Of a stretch of 22,618 nucleotides of DNA, positions 17,088-22,618 are shown piece by piece. The notes beneath the pieces are model-generated. The model made no database searches and was not told where the DNA came from. It saw only the letters and a list, made by a program, of their open reading frames with translations. Origin of the DNA: a virus (Duplodnaviria; Heunggongvirae; Uroviricota; Caudoviricetes); the IMG/VR virus record IMGVR_UViG_2700989162_000004, positions 1 through 22,618 of that record. The stretch is one strand, 5' to 3'. How positions within the stretch are numbered: the first letter of the stretch is position 1; each line of letters begins with the position of its first letter. A program made the translations under genes and the position numbers.

Positions 17088-17738
17088 ATGAATACACAAC
17101 TGATGGGTGAGCGTATTCGCGCTCGCAGAAAAGAACTCAAGATTAGGCAGGCTGCCCTTGGCAAGATGGTTGGCGTGTCTAATGTTGCTATTTCCCAATG
17201 GGAGCGATCTGAAACTGAGCCCAATGGCGAAAACCTATTGGCCTTAGCCAAGGCTTTGCAGTGCTCCCCTGATTACCTGTTGAAAGGAGAGGATAGTCTT
17301 TCAAACATTGCCTATCACAGCAGGCATGATCCAAGAGGTTCGTATCCTCTAATTAGTTGGGTAAGCGCAGGATGTTGGATGGAAGCTGTAGAGCCATATC
17401 ATAGGCGTGCAATAGATAACTGGTACGACACAACGGTAGATTGTTCTGAAGACTCTTTTTGGCTCGACGTTAAAGGCGATTCAATGACTGCCCCGGCAGG
17501 ACTGAGTATTCCTGAGGGGATGATTATTCTCGTCGACCCAGAAGTCGAACCACGTAATGGAAAGTTGGTAGTCGCCAAACTTGAAGGAGAAAACGAGGCG
17601 ACATTCAAAAAGTTAGTTATTGATGCCGGTAGAAAATTCCTGAAACCACTCAATCCACAATACCCAATGATTGAAATCAATGGGAACTGTAAAATCATTG
17701 GCGTTGTCGTTGATGCCAAGCTAGCAAACCTTCCTTAA
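17088..17738 (+). CDS. c2: Prophage repressor, P22 c2-type (LexA-like self-cleaving)
   Basis: 216-aa ORF MNTQLMGERIRARRKELKIRQAALGKMVGVSNVAISQWERSE..., near-identical to P22 C2 as I recall it; HTH N-domain and S24 peptidase-like C-domain. Confidence 0.95.
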   Translation: MNTQLMGERIRARRKELKIRQAALGKMVGVSNVAISQWERSETEPNGENLLALAKALQCSPDYLLKGEDSLSNIAYHSRHDPRGSYPLISWVSAGCWMEAVEPYHRRAIDNWYDTTVDCSEDSFWLDVKGDSMTAPAGLSIPEGMIILVDPEVEPRNGKLVVAKLEGENEATFKKLVIDAGRKFLKPLNPQYPMIEINGNCKIIGVVVDAKLANLP

Positions 17739-17758
17739 GGGGCTTTCGCCCCTTTTTT
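17738..17758 (+). terminator. Intrinsic terminator immediately after c2
   Basis: AGGGGC-TTTC-GCCCCT followed by TTTTTTAT. Confidence 0.65.
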
Positions 17759-17827
17759 ATTTCCCGTTAAAAATCAAAGACAAACTAAATTCACGCCCAT
17801 AAAATTAAGTTTTCTTCAAAAATGCAC

Positions 17828-17856
17828 TTGACCAATAAATTAAGAAGTCTTAAATT
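17828..17856 (+). promoter_or_regulatory. pL-like promoter overlapping an OL operator
   Basis: TTGACC-(17 nt)-TAAATT; the spacer and -10 contain the operator-like inverted repeat AATTAAGAAGTCTTAAATT. Confidence 0.55.
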
Positions 17857-17902
17857 TAAGCCATCAGCAGGACGCTGGAAGCCAAACGGAACAGATTGGC
17901 AG

Positions 17903-17942
17903 GCTCTTTAACATCGACGGACTCTCAACCTAACCGTTGAGA
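17903..17942 (+). promoter_or_regulatory. nutL: boxA plus boxB hairpin
   Basis: boxA GCTCTTTAACA (17903-17913), then hairpin TCTCAAC-CTAACC-GTTGAGA (17923-17942); loop sequence shared with the nutR hairpin. Confidence 0.65.
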
Positions 17943-18052
17943 CCAGAACTTGAGTGGTTTTGGGGATGGCGCGAATTGCAGCTGCAAGACAGCGATCGAG
18001 AAGATAAGCACCTCGACGCGTCATGCGCCAAAGCCACTTAAAGGAGACCATC

Positions 18053-18358
18053 ATGGTAACCATTGTCTGGAAAGAATCCAAAGGTACGGCAAAAAGCCGC
18101 TACAAAGCTCGCAGAGCAGAACTTATTGCCGAGCGACGCAGTAATGAAGCACTGGCGCGAAAAATTGCGCTAAAGCTCTCTGGTTGCGTCAGAGCAGACA
18201 AAGCAGCATCGCTAGGATGCCTTTGCTGCAAGAAGAAAGAAGAAGTCGTTCGAAAAAATAGAAGTATTTATTACAAAGATTCAAACCCATTAGGAAACAA
18301 AATACATGCAGTCCAAAAAATAAAATTGTACAGTAAACTACCGTACGGTGCTTATTGA
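18053..18358 (+). CDS. N: Antiterminator N, phage-21-type arginine-rich motif
   Basis: From the internal Met: MVTIVWKESKGTAKSRYKARRAELIAERR...; GTAKSRYKARRAELIAERR matches the phage 21 N arginine-rich motif as I recall it; AGGAG Shine-Dalgarno; the ORF-track start at 18023 is probably too far upstream; C-terminal half AT-rich. Confidence 0.75.
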   Translation: MVTIVWKESKGTAKSRYKARRAELIAERRSNEALARKIALKLSGCVRADKAASLGCLCCKKKEEVVRKNRSIYYKDSNPLGNKIHAVQKIKLYSKLPYGAY

Positions 18359-18360
18359 GT

Positions 18361-18699
18361 ATGCTTATGGTGAAAAAGACTATTTATGTTAATCCTGACC
18401 GCGGACAAAACAGAAAAGTATCTGATAGAGGTCTTACATCTCGAGACAGGAGGAGAATAGCGAGATGGGAAAAAAGGATAGCATATGCATTAAAAAACGG
18501 TGTAACACCTGGATTTAATGCTATAGATGATGGCCCTGAATATAAGATTAATGAAGACCCAATGGACAAAGTTGACAAAGCATTAGCAACACCATTTCCT
18601 CGCGATGTCGAAAAAATTGAAGATGAAAAATATGAGGATGTAATGCACAGAGTTGTTAATCACGCTCACCAACGAAATCCAAATAAAAAATGGTCATAG
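18361..18699 (+). CDS. Hypothetical protein after N, AT-rich
   Basis: ORF overlaps or abuts the N stop (the track uses TTG at 18355; first ATG is 18361); basic N-terminus, acidic C-terminus; followed directly by an intrinsic terminator. Confidence 0.5.
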   Translation: MLMVKKTIYVNPDRGQNRKVSDRGLTSRDRRRIARWEKRIAYALKNGVTPGFNAIDDGPEYKINEDPMDKVDKALATPFPRDVEKIEDEKYEDVMHRVVNHAHQRNPNKKWS

Positions 18700-18719
18700 C
18701 CCACTTCGGTGGGTTTTTT
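18700..18719 (+). terminator. Intrinsic terminator (tL1-like)
   Basis: CCCACC-GAAG-GGTGGG type hairpin (cccacttcggtggg) followed by TTTTTT. Confidence 0.7.
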
Positions 18720-18832
18720 ATTGTCTGAACAAACCTAATTTACTACCGCAAGCCACGCAGTGAAATGGGTGTGACTTGTGTTGGTCGCCAGAAAATGAAA
18801 TTAGGCAGCAAACCACTTATTTGAGGTGATAT

Positions 18833-18919
18833 ATGGAAGAAGAATTTGAAGAGTTCGAAGAGCATCCTCAGGATGTGATGGAACAATACCAGGACTATCC
18901 GTATGACTACGACTATTGA
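18833..18919 (+). CDS. Candidate 28-aa highly acidic peptide
   Basis: ATG preceded by GAGGTG at a 7-nt spacing; MEEEFEEFEEHPQDVMEQYQDYPYDYDY; bracketed by intrinsic terminators. Confidence 0.35.
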   Translation: MEEEFEEFEEHPQDVMEQYQDYPYDYDY

Positions 18920-18991
18920 TAAAAATCAATGGTGTGGACAATACGAACGACGGCAATGATTTCCAGAGAACTTGGTAAACAGAACAACAAG

Positions 18992-19017
18992 GCTGCCTAA
19001 TGGCAGCTTTTATTTTT
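18992..19017 (+). terminator. Intrinsic terminator
   Basis: GCTGCC-TAAT-GGCAGC followed by TTTTATTTTT. Confidence 0.65.
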
Positions 19018-19046
19018 GCCATAAAAAACAGAATAAACACTGCTCT

Positions 19047-19074
19047 GTGTATTCATTCCAACGAGTGAATACAC
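19047..19074. other. Perfect 9-bp inverted repeat with 10-nt loop
   Basis: GTGTATTCA-TTCCAACGAG-TGAATACAC; no U-tract after it; intergenic. Confidence 0.4.
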
Positions 19075-19136
19075 GGAGCAATGTCGCTCGTAACTAAACA
19101 GGAGCCGACTTGTTCTGATTATTGGAAATCTTCTTT

Positions 19137-19162
19137 GCCCTCCAGTGTGAGGGCGATTTTTT
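19137..19162 (+). terminator. Intrinsic terminator-like hairpin upstream of the 122-aa gene
   Basis: GCCCTC-CAGTGT-GAGGGC then GA and TTTTTT. Confidence 0.55.
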
Positions 19163-19182
19163 ATCTATGAGGATATGAATAG

Positions 19183-19551
19183 ATGTCAAACATCAAAAAA
19201 TACATCATTGATTACGACTGGAAAGCATCAATAGAAATTGAAATCGACCATGACGTAATGACAGAGGAAAAACTTCACCAGATTAATAATTTCTGGTCAG
19301 ACTCTGAACACCGACTCAATAAACACGGCTCTGTATTAAATGCTGTATTAATCATGCTGGCGCAACATGCTCTGCTTATAGCAATTTCAAGCGACTTAAA
19401 TGCATATGGTGTTGTGTGTGAGTTCGACTGGAATGATGGAAATGGTCAGGAAGGATGGCCTCCAATGGATGGTAGCGAAGGAATAAGAATTACCGATATC
19501 GATACATCAGGAATATTTGATTCAGATGATATGACTATCAAAGCCGTCTGA
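19183..19551 (+). CDS. Hypothetical strongly acidic protein in the early-left operon
   Basis: 122-aa ORF with GAGGA Shine-Dalgarno; many D/E and few K/R; occupies the ral/sieB-equivalent position between N and cIII. Confidence 0.6.
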   Translation: MSNIKKYIIDYDWKASIEIEIDHDVMTEEKLHQINNFWSDSEHRLNKHGSVLNAVLIMLAQHALLIAISSDLNAYGVVCEFDWNDGNGQEGWPPMDGSEGIRITDIDTSGIFDSDDMTIKAV

Positions 19552-19627
19552 GCGCTGCGTTACCGCATACCAATAACGCTTCACTCGAGGCGTTTTTCGT
19601 TATGCAATAAAACAGAAGGAGCATCCT

Positions 19628-19798
19628 ATGCAACAGTTCGCTATTGCAGGGGCGGCATCGGTTCGCCCTTTCAACCCGATTTTATCGGTACAGCATTCAC
19701 GAAAAAACATTTTAACCGGAGCAGACTTTAAACAACCAAGAATGAAAAGTTTGCTCGAAAAGCTTTGGGATATTTTGAAACAACAAGGCCGTCCATGA
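19628..19798 (+). CDS. cIII: CIII-like protein (absent from the ORF track, below its length cutoff)
   Basis: Manual translation MQQFAIAGAASVRPFNPILSVQHSRKNILTGADFKQPRMKSLLEKLWDILKQQGRP (56 aa); MQ-AIAG N-terminus and L-DIL-Q-G-P C-terminus resemble lambda CIII from memory; AAGGAG Shine-Dalgarno. Confidence 0.65.
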   Translation: MQQFAIAGAASVRPFNPILSVQHSRKNILTGADFKQPRMKSLLEKLWDILKQQGRP

Positions 19799-19953
19799 GT
19801 TTTACAGATAACTGGTCAGACGAAGAATTCATTCGTCATATGAAAGAATTAATCGGTAACGAAGGAGATATTCATGTCACTTGCAACCACAGTGAAGGAG
19901 AGCAGGTTACAGAGACGCATGTACACGCAGAAAGCTCTCTGGTATCGCCATAA
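19795..19953 (+). CDS. Small hypothetical protein at the kil-equivalent position
   Basis: 52-aa ORF MSFTDNWSDEEF... whose ATG overlaps the cIII stop (ATGA). Confidence 0.45.
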   Translation: MSFTDNWSDEEFIRHMKELIGNEGDIHVTCNHSEGEQVTETHVHAESSLVSP

Positions 19954-20054
19954 TGGCGACCGCGAAGGAATGCGGGTATGCCTTAATTTGTCCCGAGTCG
20001 AAGTATTAAATCAGCGTTATTTTCTTGGGCCGTGTCCATTCTGAGATCAAACAT

Positions 20055-20660
20055 ATGAGCAAAGAATTTTATGCAAGGCTGGCAGCCATTCAGGAGAATC
20101 TGAACGCGCCAAAGAATCAGTACAACTCATTCGGTAAATATAAATACAGAAGCTGCGAAGACATTCTTGAAGGCGTTAAGCCGTTACTGAATGGCCTGTT
20201 TTTATCAATCAGCGATGAAGTTGTGTTGATTGGTGATCGGTATTACGTGAAAGCAACGGCAACTATTACTGATGGCGAAAACAGTCATACAGCAACCGCT
20301 CTTGCACGAGAGGAAGAAAGCAAGAAAGGAATGGATTCTGCACAAGTTACGGGAGCTACAAGCTCTTATGCACGCAAGTATTGCCTCAATGGTTTGTTCG
20401 GCATTGATGATGCGAAAGATGCAGATACCGACGAGCATAAACATCAGCAGAACGCAGCAGCAAAGCAATCAAAACCATCACCTACACCTGAACAGGTTCT
20501 AAAAGCATTCACTGACGCAGCATTGCAGAAAAACACCGTGGAAGAGCTTAAACAGGCGTTCGCCAAAGCGTGGAAGATGCTCGAAGGCACACCGGAGCAG
20601 CACAAAGCGCAGGACGTTTACAACATCAGACGAGACGAATTAGAAGGAGCGGCTGCTTAA
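20055..20660 (+). CDS. erf: Erf single-strand annealing recombinase (P22 Erf-like)
   Basis: From the internal Met: MSKEFYARLAAIQENLNAPKNQYNSFGKYKYRSCEDILEGVKP..., close to P22 Erf from memory; the ORF-track start at 20025 is probably too far upstream. Confidence 0.9.
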   Translation: MSKEFYARLAAIQENLNAPKNQYNSFGKYKYRSCEDILEGVKPLLNGLFLSISDEVVLIGDRYYVKATATITDGENSHTATALAREEESKKGMDSAQVTGATSSYARKYCLNGLFGIDDAKDADTDEHKHQQNAAAKQSKPSPTPEQVLKAFTDAALQKNTVEELKQAFAKAWKMLEGTPEQHKAQDVYNIRRDELEGAAA

Positions 20661-21043
20661 TGGCACATTCGATTACTGTAAGACTAAACAAGCCCGCAAG
20701 AGAGTTTCAGGCCGGGGAAAATATCGGATTCAACATCCGTGCTGGCGTTCAGTATTACGATCGCCAGACAAAAAAGAAAGAATGGACAAACTACAGCGCC
20801 GTTGTATTTGCCAAGCCGGGAGCGCAAGCGGATTACTACCGTAGTGTTCTTGTTGAAGGTGGCATTGTAGAAATTACCGGAGAAAACATCAGGGTTGATG
20901 TTTATCAGGGGCAAAATGGTCAATCAATCACTCTTGAATTACTGAATGCAAAGATTGGATTTGCAACCTCAGGAAACAGCCAACAGCAGCAAAGTAGCAA
21001 TCATCAAAATCATCCTGAATACGACGATTCAATTCCCTTCTAA
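20660..21043 (+). CDS. ssb: Single-stranded DNA-binding protein (phage SSB)
   Basis: 127-aa ORF with ATG overlapping the erf stop and AGGAG upstream; Q-rich linker and C-terminal tail ...YDDSIPF like the E. coli SSB DDDIPF tail. Confidence 0.7.
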   Translation: MAHSITVRLNKPAREFQAGENIGFNIRAGVQYYDRQTKKKEWTNYSAVVFAKPGAQADYYRSVLVEGGIVEITGENIRVDVYQGQNGQSITLELLNAKIGFATSGNSQQQQSSNHQNHPEYDDSIPF

Positions 21044-21066
21044 AGTAGCAACATAAGGATTCCATT

Positions 21067-21360
21067 ATGCCAGCGCCTCTGTATGGTGCGGATGCCCCGC
21101 GCCGCTGTTCCGGCAATTCCGTATCGGAGGTGCTGGATAAATTCAGAAAAAACTACGATCGGATAATGTCGCTACCGCAGGAAACGAAAGAGGAAAAGGA
21201 ATTTCGCCACTGTATATGGCTTGCAGAGAAAGAAGAACGCGAGCGAATTTACCAGACATCAATCCGACCATTCCGCAAAGCCACATATACCCACTTCCCT
21301 GAAATTGACCCGCGCCTGCGTAATTACCGCTCACGCTATGGCGCTATCAGTAATGACTGA
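21067..21360 (+). CDS. abc2: Abc2-like anti-RecBCD protein (tentative)
   Basis: 97-aa [34 protein letters not shown]...; same length as P22 Abc2 as I recall it and correct position after erf. Confidence 0.5.
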   Translation: MPAPLYGADAPRRCSGNSVSEVLDKFRKNYDRIMSLPQETKEEKEFRHCIWLAEKEERERIYQTSIRPFRKATYTHFPEIDPRLRNYRSRYGAISND

Positions 21361-21370
21361 GGAATTTACC

Positions 21371-21535
21371 ATGAGAGGACTTGCATACAACCCCGGCATT
21401 CTTCCGGCAGAAATGATTATTCGCCAACGCGTAAAGCCAATGCCATCGAGAGAGGAATTGCTTAAGAGAAATTCTTTTCCATCAGTGAATCAAAACAAGT
21501 ATCTGAATGCGATGTTGCGGAGTGGGAAGAAATGA
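21371..21535 (+). CDS. Small hypothetical protein
   Basis: 54-aa ORF from the Met of [15 protein letters not shown]...; stop overlaps the next start (ATGA). Confidence 0.4.
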   Translation: MRGLAYNPGILPAEMIIRQRVKPMPSREELLKRNSFPSVNQNKYLNAMLRSGKK

Positions 21536-22014
21536 AACAAATGACACTAATTGAGATGGATGGTTTTCTGAAAGGTAAATGCATCCCACGAGATTTAAAG
21601 GTTAACGAAACAAACGCTGAATATCTTGTGCGTAAGTTCGGTGAACTTGAATCAAAACTAGAAACGGCGTTGCGGGAGTGTCGTTCTGCTGGAATCACGA
21701 TTGATAACCTTGAGGCTAAATGCGCGAAGATGGCTGCTGAAAATACCTCACTTAAGCAATCTGAGAAGGAATTTAATGACTTTTGTCGTGAGGAGTTTAG
21801 CGAATGGGAAGATGATGTTACTGAAACTCCAGCCACCGATGCTTTCCTGGCTGAAGTACGGGCGCAGGGGGTAGAGATGTACGCAGATAACCTCGACAAC
21901 GGAGCAGACGACGCAGAACGAGGTGGTTTTGATTATGCCGTTAAGTTTCTACGCAGTGAAGCATCTAGTGTACGTTTGTTCGCCGACCAGCTTCGCAAAG
22001 GAGGCAACCAGTGA
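21532..22014 (+). CDS. Hypothetical acidic protein
   Basis: 160-aa ORF, translationally coupled on both sides; no motif I recognise. Confidence 0.55.
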   Translation: MKQMTLIEMDGFLKGKCIPRDLKVNETNAEYLVRKFGELESKLETALRECRSAGITIDNLEAKCAKMAAENTSLKQSEKEFNDFCREEFSEWEDDVTETPATDAFLAEVRAQGVEMYADNLDNGADDAERGGFDYAVKFLRSEASSVRLFADQLRKGGNQ

Positions 22015-22592
22015 GCAAGATTGACTATCAGGCACTGCGTGAGGCGGCAGAAAAAGCAACGTGTGGTGAGTGGTCGCTCGAATATGGAGAGGGCCAATTT
22101 GATGGTGATGATGCGCTAATTCATCGTGACGTTGTTGGATATCTTCCCATTTGCAGAATTGAAGGAGCGCATCCTGAAAGCGGTTTCGATGAAGATTTCC
22201 AAATAGAACAGCAGGCCAATGCTGAATTCATCGCCGCAGCCAATCCAGCTACCGTCTTGGCGCTGCTGGATGAGCTGGAAAGAAACCAGCAATACATCAA
22301 ACGCCGTGACCAGGAGAACGAGGAGATTGCGTTAACGGTAGGGAAGCTGCGTGTTGAGCTGGAAGGCAAAGACAAGCTGATTGCAGAGCTTGGAAAACAA
22401 TGCGCCGAATGGGAGCGAAAAGCATTAAGCAACTTTGAAGAGTGTGCTGCGATGGCTGAACGTATCGAAGAGTTGCAGACAAAATCTGCACCAGATTCGT
22501 TTGGCATCATCGGTGAAAATATTCGAACACAGGATAATCGAATAACGTCAGTGGATTTGCCCCTATATTTCCAGACATCTGTTATCACTTAA
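22011..22592 (+). CDS. Ead/Ea22-like protein
   Basis: 193-aa ORF starting [22 protein letters not shown]..., typical of the prophage Ead/Ea22-like family as I recall it; GTG start preceded by AGGAGG and overlapping the upstream stop. Confidence 0.65.
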   Translation: MSKIDYQALREAAEKATCGEWSLEYGEGQFDGDDALIHRDVVGYLPICRIEGAHPESGFDEDFQIEQQANAEFIAAANPATVLALLDELERNQQYIKRRDQENEEIALTVGKLRVELEGKDKLIAELGKQCAEWERKALSNFEECAAMAERIEELQTKSAPDSFGIIGENIRTQDNRITSVDLPLYFQTSVIT

Positions 22593-22618
22593 CCCATTAC
22601 AAGCCCGCTGCCGCAGAT

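Noticed and set aside
17399-17719. 106-aa minus-strand ORF inside c2
   Set aside because: Antisense to the highly conserved repressor gene; Ser/Thr-rich shadow frame.
19081-19170. 29-aa ORF (MSLVTKQEPTCSDYWKSSLPSSVRAIFYL) between the second and third pL-region terminators
   Set aside because: The only GGAG is 2 nt from the ATG, too close to act as a Shine-Dalgarno, and the ORF runs through the terminator hairpin; more likely non-coding.
22121-22588. 155-aa minus-strand ORF opposite the Ead/Ea22-like gene
   Set aside because: Antisense to a translationally coupled gene with a strong Shine-Dalgarno sequence; Ser-rich shadow frame.
1-22618. CRISPR array, insertion sequence, integrase or att site
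   Set aside because: No regularly spaced direct repeats, no transposase-like ORF with terminal inverted repeats, and no integrase or excisionase ORF; the window appears to lie wholly inside the phage genome.

Overview
The window is a near-contiguous segment of a lambdoid temperate phage or prophage (P22/Sf6-like mosaic, enterobacterial), lying in reverse orientation to the conventional map. From left to right it holds: the head-assembly and packaging module on the minus strand (start of P22 gp10-like gene, gp4-like, Sf6-type coat, scaffold, portal, TerL, TerS); a three-gene accessory cassette and an AT-rich T5orf172-domain moron; the lambda-type lysis cassette (Rz/Rz1, R, S); two phage tRNAs (Asn-GUU, Thr-UGU); Q; the nin region (NinH, RusA, YbcO-like, NinF, NinE, NinD, NinB); a DnaB-type helicase and an O-like initiator carrying in-gene origin iterons; cII-like, nutR and cro; the divergent operator region; a P22 c2-type repressor on the plus strand; then pL/OL, nutL, a phage-21-type N, several small accessory ORFs punctuated by intrinsic terminators, cIII-like, Erf, SSB, Abc2-like and an Ead/Ea22-like gene. 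No integrase, att site, tail/tailspike genes, CRISPR array or IS element is visible. All identifications rest on my reading of the translated ORFs and the DNA, with no database search run. The best candidates for something undescribed are the cassette directly upstream of terS (a protein with HslV/proteasome-beta-like motifs plus two unknown partners), the T5orf172 moron, and the very acidic small proteins in the N-proximal pL operon. Coordinates of features I located by hand (tRNAs, terminators, nut sites, NinF, NinE, orf48, iterons) may be off by a base or two; around 18001-18060 the displayed line disagrees with the ORF track by 1 nt, so I used the ORF-track frame there.
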